A program made the position numbers and the translations under genes. Positions 42,149 to 50,464 of a stretch of DNA of 64,000 nucleotides are shown here, piece by piece; position 1 is the first letter of the stretch; every line of letters begins with the position of its first letter. Location of the stretch: NCBI RefSeq assembly GCF_934504345.1, contig NZ_CAKSVR010000006.1, one strand, 5' to 3'. Below the pieces are notes generated by a model. That model searched no databases. It saw only the letters and a list, made by a program, of their open reading frames with translations, and was not told the origin of the DNA. The DNA is from an uncultured Agathobaculum sp. (GTDB taxonomy: Bacteria; Bacillota; Clostridia; Oscillospirales; Butyricicoccaceae).

Positions 42149-44284
42149 TCAACGTTTCTCGAGCCACCCGCGGAGCTTCGCGAAAAACCCGCCCGCCTGC
42201 GGCGTATGCGCTGCCGCAGCCTGATTTTTCGCACTCTCGATGGCCTGCTGCATCAGCAGATCCTGCGCGCAGATGGGATCCTGAACGGCGGGCTTTTTCG
42301 TATACGAGCCGTCCGGCTGGAGCACCCGCGCCTTGACGGTGTCGTGCTGCATGGCGTAAAGGATGTCGTGCAGACGGGCGCGTACCTCGGCGCTGTCGAT
42401 CGGGCAGGCGACCTCCACGCGGTGCTCGGTGTTGCGCGTCATCAGGTCGGCGGAGGCGATATACATCTTCTCCTCCTCGCCGCGCCCGAACACATAGATG
42501 CGCGAATGCTCGAGGAAACGTCCGACAATGCTCGTCACCGTGATGTTGTCGGTGTGGCCCGGCACACCGGGCAGCAGACAGCAGATGCCGCGCACGATGA
42601 GCTCGATCTTCACGCCCGCGCACGAGGCTTCGCGCAGCTTGGCGATGATGTCGATGTCGGTCAGCGAGTTGAATTTGAGCAGGATATAGCCCGCACTGCC
42701 TTTGGAAATCTGCTCGTCCATCAGGGACAGGATGTTGTTCTTCAGGCTGTGCGGCGCGACGAGCAGACGGTCATACCGGCCATGCAGGTTGCTGAGCGCC
42801 ATATTGTTGAAGAACGCGCCCGCATCCGCGCCGATGCGCTCGTCCGAGGTGATGAGCGACACATCGGTGTACTGCCTGGCGGTTTTTTCGTTGTAGTTGC
42901 CCGTGCCGACCTGCGTGATGTGCCGCACGCCGCCGCGCTCCCGGCGGGTGATGAGGCACAGCTTGGAGTGGACCTTATAATCCTCAAAGCCGTAAATGAT
43001 CTTGCAGCCAGCCTCCTCCATGCGCTCGGACCAGTCGATGTTGTTCTGCTCATCAAAACGGGCGCGCAGCTCGATGAGCGCAGTGACGTCCTTGCCGTTC
43101 TCGGCGGCGGCGCACAGGTATTCCACCAGCTTGGCCTTGCTCGCCAGCCGGTAGATGGTGATGCGGATGGACAGCACAGCCGGGTCGTTGGCCGCCTCGC
43201 GTATCATTTGCAGGAACGGCTCCATGCTCTCATACGGGTAGGAGAGCAGGATGTCGCGCTGGAGCGCGGTCTTGAGCAGGCTCTGTCCGGCGGGCAGCAT
43301 GGCGGGCTGCTGCGGTGTGAACGGCGGGTCGCTGAGGAACGCCCGTTTTTTATCCGGCAGGGACTCGCCTAGCGAGAACGCATAGCCCATTTTGAGCGGC
43401 GCCGTGCGCGACAGGAAGATCTGTGCATCGCTGACCTCAAAGCGGCTGCGGAAGTGCGCCTGAAAGTGGTCGCTGATCGGGCGGGTGAGCTCAACGCGCA
43501 CGACCGCCAGACGGCGGCGCTGGCGCAGCAGGTGCTCCATCTTTTGGCGGATGTCGCCGCCGTCCACGCCGAACGTTTCGTCATCCGGCTGAATATCCGC
43601 GTTACGGGTGACACAGAACACGGTCTTTTCGAGCACATCGTACATCTCGAACACATGGTCGGCGTAAGCGAGCAGAATATCCTCGGTGAGGATATAGCGC
43701 CGCCCGTCCTCCGGCAGAAAGACCAGCGGCGGCAGCGAGGCCGGAATGGGCAGCAGGCCGAGGCGCTCGGTCTTTTTGCGGCTGAGCAGTGCCGCGATAT
43801 GCAGCACCTTGCCCTCCAGATGCGGGAACGGATGGTGCGAGTCCACGATCTGCGGGGACAGCACCGGCGCGATGATGCGCTTGAAATACTGTTTGACGAA
43901 TTTCTGCTCGTCCGGCGTGAGTGTGTTCATCGTCAGGCGGCGCAGACCGAGCGCACCGAGGCGGCTGTCCACATCCGCGAATGCGGCATCGCGGCGGGCA
44001 TAGAGCGGCTCGACCGCCCTGTAAATGCGGTGCAGCTGCTCCTTTGCCGTCAGGCCGGATTTGTTGTCCGTGTGGGTCGGGTCGAGTGCGGCCATGTCGC
44101 ACAGGCTGCCGACACGGATCATGAAAAATTCATCCAGATTGCTGGTGAAGATGGCGAGGAACTTGAAGCGCTCGAGCAGCGGCACGGTTTCGTCCTCGGC
44201 CTCAGCCAGCACGCGGGCGTTGAACTGAAGCCATGAAAGCTCACGGTTTTGTGTATATCCCTGCTCCCAGATGGCCTGTGTCAT
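42149..44284 (-). CDS. ppk1: Polyphosphate kinase 1
   Basis: 711 aa: NRELSWLQFNARVL N-terminus, and two PLD-like HKD regions. Confidence 0.96.
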   Translation of the reverse strand: MTQAIWEQGYTQNRELSWLQFNARVLAEAEDETVPLLERFKFLAIFTSNLDEFFMIRVGSLCDMAALDPTHTDNKSGLTAKEQLHRIYRAVEPLYARRDAAFADVDSRLGALGLRRLTMNTLTPDEQKFVKQYFKRIIAPVLSPQIVDSHHPFPHLEGKVLHIAALLSRKKTERLGLLPIPASLPPLVFLPEDGRRYILTEDILLAYADHVFEMYDVLEKTVFCVTRNADIQPDDETFGVDGGDIRQKMEHLLRQRRRLAVVRVELTRPISDHFQAHFRSRFEVSDAQIFLSRTAPLKMGYAFSLGESLPDKKRAFLSDPPFTPQQPAMLPAGQSLLKTALQRDILLSYPYESMEPFLQMIREAANDPAVLSIRITIYRLASKAKLVEYLCAAAENGKDVTALIELRARFDEQNNIDWSERMEEAGCKIIYGFEDYKVHSKLCLITRRERGGVRHITQVGTGNYNEKTARQYTDVSLITSDERIGADAGAFFNNMALSNLHGRYDRLLVAPHSLKNNILSLMDEQISKGSAGYILLKFNSLTDIDIIAKLREASCAGVKIELIVRGICCLLPGVPGHTDNITVTSIVGRFLEHSRIYVFGRGEEEKMYIASADLMTRNTEHRVEVACPIDSAEVRARLHDILYAMQHDTVKARVLQPDGSYTKKPAVQDPICAQDLLMQQAIESAKNQAAAAHTPQAGGFFAKLRGWLEKR

Positions 44285-44505
44285 ATCGGTTTACCCCCTG
44301 TAAGATGGCATAAGGATGCATCATAATAACTGTATAGAGATATTATACTTGATTTCCGTAAGGGAACAACGCGGTTTGTGTAAATTCCGCGTAAAGTTTT
44401 ATATGCAGGACAGCGCGGGCGGTCTTGCATGGGTGAGAAATTTCTGTTATACTGAGAAAGTAAAGAGAAAAGAGCAGAAAACCCGAAAAAGGAGGAAAAT
44501 GCGCT

Positions 44506-45138
44506 ATGATAAACATTTGGCATGACATTGACCCGAGCCGTGTCACTCCGGAGAGCTTCACGGCGGTGATCGAGATCTCGGCGGGCAGCAAGAAGAAATA
44601 CGAGCTGGACAAGCAGACGGGCCTGCTGCGGCTGGACCGCATCCTGTACACCTCGACGCATTATCCGGCCAACTACGGCTTCATCCCGCGCACCTATGCG
44701 TATGACGGCGATCCGCTGGATGTTCTGGTGCTGTGCAGCGAAACGCTCGACCCAATGGTCGAGGTGGACTGCTATCCCATCGGTGTCATCCGCATGATCG
44801 ATGATGACGAGATCGACGATAAGATCATCGCCATCCCGTTCGAGGACCCGAACTGGAACTATTATCACGACATTGACCAGCTCCCGCCGCACCACGGCAA
44901 CGAGATCGCGCACTTTTTCGAGATCTACAAGAGCCTCGAGCACAAGTTCACCGCCACCTCGGATGCGCTGGCACGCTCGACGGCGGTCAAGGTCATCAAG
45001 GACTGCATCGAGCGGTATGAGGTACATTACTGCGGCAAGTGCCCGTCAAAGTCGGATTCTCCTAAAAAACGCGAAAAAGAGGAGAAAAAAGAGGCTAAAG
45101 AGAAAGAAAAGATCGTTAAGAGCATCACGAAAAACTGA
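44506..45138 (+). CDS. ppa: Inorganic pyrophosphatase, family I, with K/E-rich C-terminal extension
   Basis: KYELDKQTGLLRLDR...YPANYGFIP...DGDPLDVLVL core. The tail is CGKCPSKSDSPKKREKEEKKEAKEKEKIVKSITKN. Confidence 0.93.
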   Translation: MINIWHDIDPSRVTPESFTAVIEISAGSKKKYELDKQTGLLRLDRILYTSTHYPANYGFIPRTYAYDGDPLDVLVLCSETLDPMVEVDCYPIGVIRMIDDDEIDDKIIAIPFEDPNWNYYHDIDQLPPHHGNEIAHFFEIYKSLEHKFTATSDALARSTAVKVIKDCIERYEVHYCGKCPSKSDSPKKREKEEKKEAKEKEKIVKSITKN

Positions 45139-45146
45139 GATATAAC

Positions 45147-45177
45147 AAAAAGGAACCTGCCCGGCAGGTTCCTTTTT
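45147..45177. terminator. Bidirectional terminator between ppa and the MATE gene
   Basis: AAAAAGGAACCTGC-CCG-GCAGGTTCCTTTTT. Confidence 0.85.
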
Positions 45178-45178
45178 G

Positions 45179-46528
45179 TTATGCGGCGTTTTTCAGGTCT
45201 TGTTTGAGCTGGTGTACGGCGAAAACCAGCGTATACACCGCCATAATGCCGGAAACGGTCGGCGCAACGCAGCCGAGCGTTCGCAGGCTGTCCGCGAAGT
45301 GCGTCTGCACCAGATACAGCAGCGGAACGCGCAGGAACAGCGCACCGAAGCAGCTCGAGCACATGGTGAACAGGGTCAGACCGCGCCCGTTGAGATAGCC
45401 GTTCAGGCCGAATACGAACGCCACGGCGATGTAGTCGAACGAGCAGGTGCGGAAGAACGGTGCGCCCACGCGGATGATGTCGGCATCCTGCGAGAAAATG
45501 CGGATCATGCTCTCCGGCGAGAGCTGCGCCCAAAGCAGGAAACAGCCGCCCGCGAGAAAGGCGAACGTCACGCCGGCATATACGGCCGTGCGGATGCGTT
45601 CCGGGCGTTTTGCGCCCCAGTTCTGCGCGGTGAACGCCGCCAGCGCGGAGGCGACCGAGGTCGCGGGCAGCATGGCGAATACGTCGTACTTGCTGGCAAT
45701 GCCTGCCGCCGAGGAGGCGGCTGCGCCCAGCGAGTTGACAACGGCGGTGAGGTACAGAAATGAAATTCGGATCATCAGTTCCTGCAAAGAGATGGGAATG
45801 CCCGCGCGGAGCAGCTCTTTCATGCGGCTGCGGTCGATGCGGAGATTGTGCAGCGTGAACCGGAAGATGAACGTACTGCGGTTCAGATATACGATGGCGC
45901 AGACCATGCTGACGGCCTGTGCCGTGATGGTCGCGATGGCGACACCGGCTACGCCCATGCCGAGTACGCCGGTCAGCAGCAGGTCGCCCGCGATGTTGAG
46001 CACGCACGCGAGCGCGATGAACAGCATCGGCCGGCGGGAATCGCCGCAGCCGCGCAGGATGGCGCTGATGGCGTTGTAGCCGCAGGTGAACGGGATTCCC
46101 CAGCCACAGATGGTGACGTAGGTTTTCGCGAGGTCGAACGCCTCCTCCGGCGTTTGCAGCAGATACAGGATGGGCGCGGCAAAGCCGATGACGAGTATCA
46201 TCAGGAGCACGGAGAAAATGCCGAACAGCGACAGCGTGGTGCCGATGGAGCGGCGGGTTTTCTCCTCCTCGCGCATACCGGTATATTTGCCGACAAGGAT
46301 GGTGCCGCCGAGTGTCAGGCCGGTGATCAGGCTGGTGATGATCTGCGTGACCTGTGTGCCGGTGGACACTGCCGCTACGCTGTCCGCGCCCGCAAAGCGG
46401 CCCACCACAGCCAGATCGACCGCGCCGTACAGCGCCTGAATGATGTTCGCGATGAGAAAGGGTATCGTGAACCGCAGCAGCACGGGCAGAACGCGGCCTT
46501 CGGTCAGCAGGTGGTCGTTATTTTCCAT
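45179..46528 (-). CDS. MATE family efflux transporter
   Basis: 12 TM spans; the N-terminus LLRFTIPFLIANIIQALYGAVD is typical of MATE. Start at MENNDH (46528) with a GAGGGGGA RBS. Confidence 0.9.
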   Translation of the reverse strand: MENNDHLLTEGRVLPVLLRFTIPFLIANIIQALYGAVDLAVVGRFAGADSVAAVSTGTQVTQIITSLITGLTLGGTILVGKYTGMREEEKTRRSIGTTLSLFGIFSVLLMILVIGFAAPILYLLQTPEEAFDLAKTYVTICGWGIPFTCGYNAISAILRGCGDSRRPMLFIALACVLNIAGDLLLTGVLGMGVAGVAIATITAQAVSMVCAIVYLNRSTFIFRFTLHNLRIDRSRMKELLRAGIPISLQELMIRISFLYLTAVVNSLGAAASSAAGIASKYDVFAMLPATSVASALAAFTAQNWGAKRPERIRTAVYAGVTFAFLAGGCFLLWAQLSPESMIRIFSQDADIIRVGAPFFRTCSFDYIAVAFVFGLNGYLNGRGLTLFTMCSSCFGALFLRVPLLYLVQTHFADSLRTLGCVAPTVSGIMAVYTLVFAVHQLKQDLKNAA

Positions 46529-46606
46529 AGAAAGTCCCCCTCGGATTTGTCTGTCTTTCACAAGCAATGATAAACCCTCCATCTACTGGAGGGTCAAGGG
46601 ATTTTT

Positions 46607-46842
46607 CTAAGGCAACACCGCACAATTAAAGCGGCGGCTCCTTGTGCAGGCTCCGGTCGCACTGCCGCGGTGCTTTGCGGAAATTTTGTGTCCTGACTTT
46701 GGCTTCGGTTCCTTGCGCGAGTTCCGTCCGCGCTGCCGAAGTTTCACGGTAATACATCAAGTATTACCGCAAAACTGTGCCTCGTCAGTACGCAAAATTT
46801 ACTCGCAAATCACTCTTGTTCAATTATGCGGTATTGCCCTAA
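46607..46842 (+). mobile_element. Repeat family B, copy B4 (236 bp, two internal modules)
   Basis: CTAAGGCAACACCGC... ...GCGGTATTGCCCTAA. Lies between merR and the MATE gene. The merR stop codon is inside its last 4 nt. Confidence 0.8.
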
Positions 46843-47654
46843 AATTTCACCGGAATTTGCAGCTCGGTGAGGTATTGTCCCTCATCCGAGGTGAAGCCGC
46901 CGTCGATGTGCGTCACCTCGACCGAATCGCCGGTGACGGCGCCGCCAAGCCGTTCGGCCTCATCGAGCAGGTGCGTGTAGCCCTCCGCCGAGCGGGTGTG
47001 CGTGCCGCGGAAGCACAGGCTCAGCCAGTCACCGGCGGGCAGGGAGGCCGACGGACCGGTGTGGCGCTCCTCCGGCTCCACGAACACGAAGATGCCCGAG
47101 AACCGGTCAAATCTGCGCTCCAGCAGCTTTTCGCGGGCGATGGATACACCGACCTTGCCGAGGAACATCATGGGCTCCAGCCCGTGCTCACGCTCGAGGT
47201 CACGGATGGGAAATTCGAGGTTCGCATCCTGCGGGATGTCCTGCCGGAGGAATACGATCTCACGGGCGGGCAGCGTGATGCGGCGCACGGTATCGAGCAC
47301 GGCGGTGCGGGCACGCTGTAAATCGGTCAGGCGGCGCTCGATGCGGCGCTCGATGCGATGCAGCTCGTCCAGCTGACGGCGCGTGTCGTCCAGCTGCTCG
47401 CGCAGGAGCGACTCGATCACAGCCGTGTCGCGGTTCTCGAAAAAGCCGCGTATCCTGTCCAGCGACACACCCAGCGCCCGCAGATACTTGATGGTGTTCA
47501 GCCGCTCGAACTGCGCGGCGGAGTAGTAGCGGTAGCCCGTGCGCGGATGGACCCGTTCGGGATGCAGGATGCCGATGTCATCGTAAAACCGCAGTGTCCG
47601 CACCGGAATGGAGAATAATCGCTGCATTTCACCGATGGTGAACAGGTTTTTCAT
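46839..47654 (-). CDS. MerR family regulator with GyrI-like effector-binding domain (BmrR-type)
   Basis: FTIGEMQRLFSIPVRTLRFYDDIGIL HTH, a coiled-coil and a C-terminal GyrI-like domain. Confidence 0.88.
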   Translation of the reverse strand: MKNLFTIGEMQRLFSIPVRTLRFYDDIGILHPERVHPRTGYRYYSAAQFERLNTIKYLRALGVSLDRIRGFFENRDTAVIESLLREQLDDTRRQLDELHRIERRIERRLTDLQRARTAVLDTVRRITLPAREIVFLRQDIPQDANLEFPIRDLEREHGLEPMMFLGKVGVSIAREKLLERRFDRFSGIFVFVEPEERHTGPSASLPAGDWLSLCFRGTHTRSAEGYTHLLDEAERLGGAVTGDSVEVTHIDGGFTSDEGQYLTELQIPVKF

Positions 47655-47744
47655 GGCGGAACACCTCCTTTTCTGTTACCAGTATAGCATAAAAGCGCGA
47701 AAAACGGTATAATGGAAAAAAACCACGAAAGGAAGTGTCCGCCC

Positions 47745-48626
47745 ATGCACACCATCCCCGCAAAAACGCTGCTGACACGGCAGAAAAGCCCGGAGCACTG
47801 GTTCGGCGCGGACTGGAACATGAATCTGTACCGCGGCTGCCCGCACGGCTGCATTTACTGCGACAGCCGCTCGGAGTGCTACGGAAACGACGATTTCGAC
47901 CATGTTTACGCCAAGGAGAACGCGCTCCTGCTGCTGCGGGACGAGCTGCGCCGAAAGCAGCACACCGGCATTGTCAGCACCGGCGCGATGAGCGATCCGT
48001 ATAATCCGCACGAGCGCACCGAGCGGCTGACACGCGGCGCACTCGCGCTGTTTGCGGAATACGGCTTCGGCGTGACGGTCATCACGAAAAGCGGCCTCAT
48101 CTGCCGCGATATTGACGTTCTGTGCGCGGTAAAGCAGCACGCGCCCGTGCTGTGCAAGCTGACCGTCACCACCGCAGACGATGCGCTGGCGCGCAGGCTC
48201 GAGCCGCACGCGCCGCTGCCCTCGGCACGGCTGGAGGCGCTCGCGCGGCTGTCCGAGGCGGGTCTGCCGACCTGTATCCTGCTCATGCCGGTGCTGCCGT
48301 GGCTGACCGACAGCGCGGACAGCATCCGCACGCTGGTGCGCCGTGCGAAAGAGGCGGGCGTGCATTCCATCTATCCGATGTGGGGACTGACCCTGCGCGA
48401 CAGACAGCGGGCATACTTCTATCAGCAGCTTGACCGGACGTTCCCGGGGCTCAAGCGGCGGTATATCGAGCGCTACGGTACGGCGTATCAGTGTGCTGTG
48501 CCGAATGCACGAAAGCTCGAGCGAATTTTTGTGCAGGAATGCGAAAATAACGGCATCCTCTACAAAATGCAGGACATTATTTCGAACTATCAAGCAGAAC
48601 AGGGAGGACAGCTCTCGCTATTTTGA
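47745..48626 (+). CDS. Radical SAM protein (SplB / DNA-photolyase-like group)
   Basis: CPHGCIYCDS CxxxCxxC cluster motif. Start at MHTIPAKT (47745), which has a GAAAGGAAG RBS (the track start at 47712 lacks one). Confidence 0.8.
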   Translation: MHTIPAKTLLTRQKSPEHWFGADWNMNLYRGCPHGCIYCDSRSECYGNDDFDHVYAKENALLLLRDELRRKQHTGIVSTGAMSDPYNPHERTERLTRGALALFAEYGFGVTVITKSGLICRDIDVLCAVKQHAPVLCKLTVTTADDALARRLEPHAPLPSARLEALARLSEAGLPTCILLMPVLPWLTDSADSIRTLVRRAKEAGVHSIYPMWGLTLRDRQRAYFYQQLDRTFPGLKRRYIERYGTAYQCAVPNARKLERIFVQECENNGILYKMQDIISNYQAEQGGQLSLF

Positions 48627-48729
48627 AAGAGTGGAGAGCGCTTTTACTCTTCACTCTCCACTCCCCACTCTTAGAAAAAACCGGCACATACAGAGGAAAA
48701 CTTCTCGGTAGTGCCGGTTTTGCTGTGTG

Positions 48730-49071
48730 CTATGAAATTCTGCTGTGCGGGAGCTCGAGATTATACGCCAGCAGGGTACGCAGCCGCCGCTTGCCGCGTG
48801 TCAGGTGGCGGGACACCGCCGAGGGACTGATGCCCAGCTTTCCGGCGATCTCCTTGCCGGAGAGGCCCTTGACCTCGTACATCCACAGCACCTCGAACTG
48901 CCGATCGGTCAACTGGTCGTGCAGCGCGCGGAGAAACGCCTCGCGGAACGCCTGACGGAAGCGGTCGTCGTGTTCTCCGGCGAGCGTGCCGAGGTACTGC
49001 TCGTAGGCGGCGTGCGTTGCGGCTTTATCAGACAGCGCGGTGATGTACACTGGCCTCGCCTCCCTTGTCAT
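48730..49071 (-). CDS. Small sigma-70 region-4-like HTH protein
   Basis: LTDRQFEVLWMYEVKGLSGKEIAGKLGISPSAVSRHLTRGKRRL. The start is uncertain (possible GTG at 49050). Confidence 0.6.
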   Translation of the reverse strand: MTREARPVYITALSDKAATHAAYEQYLGTLAGEHDDRFRQAFREAFLRALHDQLTDRQFEVLWMYEVKGLSGKEIAGKLGISPSAVSRHLTRGKRRLRTLLAYNLELPHSRIS

Positions 49072-49264
49072 AGTAGTGCTCCAGCTCGAACGCCGTCAGA
49101 CGGCTTTCGTTTATCAGCGCCCGCAGACGGTTGATGCGCTGCTTGAGCCGCAGCTTGACCTCTTTCTGCCGTGTACGCCGCTGCGCCAGCTGAAGCTGCT
49201 TGATGCGGAGCTCCAGCAGAGCAGTATTTGCACGGTATTCCTGCGCCATCTCACACAGTTGCAT
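49028..49264 (-). CDS. Hypothetical coiled-coil protein
   Basis: 78 aa, heptad-rich (LELRIKQLQLAQRRTRQKEVKLRLKQRINRLRAL). Overlaps the downstream HTH gene. Confidence 0.5.
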   Translation of the reverse strand: MQLCEMAQEYRANTALLELRIKQLQLAQRRTRQKEVKLRLKQRINRLRALINESRLTAFELEHYYDKGGEASVHHRAV

Positions 49265-49417
49265 GGCGTTCCCTCCTCACATGATACGAACAAATGTTCG
49301 ATTTACTATGTCTTAATAATACAACATGATGCGGAATATGTCAATGGAAAACTATATTTTGTGTACTGTCAACTAATTGACCTGCATATGCTGGATAGAG
49401 GGAAGGAGGGGAGCGCC

Positions 49418-50371
49418 ATGCGGAAACTGCTGCTGACCGGCGGTTTGCTGGTGCTTGTGCTGTATGCGCTGCCGATGGTGTACCCATCGGAACCGACATC
49501 GGACACGCCCGCAGAGAGCACTGCGGCGGCTGTTCCGGCAGGTGACAGGACGATCACTGTGCTGGTGGATGGCAAGGCCGAGGAGCTGCCGCTCGAAACC
49601 TATGTGGAGGGCGTGACGGCGGCGGAGATCGCGGATGATTTTCCGGTCGAGGCGATACGGGCACAGGCGGTCGCGGCACGGACGTATGCGGTGTATAAGC
49701 AGTCGCGCGGCCGTCCGGCGGAGCACCCGGAGGCCGATGTCTGCGACGATTACACGCACTGTGCGGCGTATGAACCGGCGGCGGTCAAGACGTTCAGCAC
49801 CGGCTATGCGCGGGTGCGGCAGGCGGTGAAAGACACGGCGGGCCAGATACTCGTGTACGACGGTGCGCCGGTCGCGGCGGTGTTCCACTGCGTGAGCGGC
49901 CCAAAGACCGAATCCGCCGCCGATGTGTGGGGAGAGGATATTCCGTACCTGCAAAGCGTGGTCAGCCCGGGCGGCACGCAGTACCCGGAATACGAGAGCG
50001 CGGTGACGTTTACGGCGGACGAGTTCCGCGAGAAGGCCGCGCAGGCATTGCCGTCAGCCGATGTGAGCGGCGCGCCGGACCGCTGGTTTGCCTCGTCGGT
50101 GCGCTCGGCGGCGGGCGGCGTGAAAACCGTCAAGCTCGGCGGCGTGACGGTCGATGGAACGGCCGTGCGGGCGCTGTTCGGGCTGAGATCGACCAACTTC
50201 ACCATCACCACGACCGAGGACAGCATCACGTTCCACACCATCGGCTACGGACACGGCGTTGGGCTGTCGCAGTACGGCGCGAAGTATATGGCAGAGCAGG
50301 GAAGCGACTATACAGAGATTTTAGCGCACTACTATCCGGGCACAGAGTTGAGAGTTGAGAGTGGAGAGTGA
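49418..50371 (+). CDS. spoIID: Stage II sporulation protein D (SpoIID/LytB lytic transglycosylase)
   Basis: AQAVAARTYAV, FHCVSGPKTES and GHGVGLSQYGA motifs. Start at MRKLLL (49418) with a GGAAGGAGGGG RBS. Confidence 0.9.
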   Translation: MRKLLLTGGLLVLVLYALPMVYPSEPTSDTPAESTAAAVPAGDRTITVLVDGKAEELPLETYVEGVTAAEIADDFPVEAIRAQAVAARTYAVYKQSRGRPAEHPEADVCDDYTHCAAYEPAAVKTFSTGYARVRQAVKDTAGQILVYDGAPVAAVFHCVSGPKTESAADVWGEDIPYLQSVVSPGGTQYPEYESAVTFTADEFREKAAQALPSADVSGAPDRWFASSVRSAAGGVKTVKLGGVTVDGTAVRALFGLRSTNFTITTTEDSITFHTIGYGHGVGLSQYGAKYMAEQGSDYTEILAHYYPGTELRVESGE

Positions 50372-50413
50372 AGAGCGGAGAGTGAAGAGAATGGATAGCG
50401 GAAAATACATGAG

Positions 50414-50448
50414 AAAAGTCCCCGGAATCATCGATTCCGGGGACTTTT
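50414..50448. terminator. Bidirectional terminator between spoIID and glgP
   Basis: AAAAGTCCCCGGAAT-CATCG-ATTCCGGGGACTTTT. Confidence 0.85.
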
Positions 50449-50464
50449 GCTGATTGGTTTGCAG

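Noticed and set aside
41434-42149. dif (XerCD) site at the convergent gene-orientation switch
   Set aside because: No sequence resembling the AT-rich Firmicutes dif core was seen by eye in or near the gap. The terminus idea is kept only as a low-confidence finding.
44499-44525. Alternative ATG at 44499 closer to the AAGGAGG RBS than the ppa start at 44506
   Set aside because: It is out of frame with ppa and gives only an 8-codon peptide (MRYDKHLA). MINIWHDI... matches the family I PPase N-terminus.
49300-49417. Sigma-E type sporulation promoter upstream of spoIID (CATATGCT as -10)
   Set aside because: Only a partial match to the -10, and no convincing -35 at the proper spacing. Not reported as a feature.
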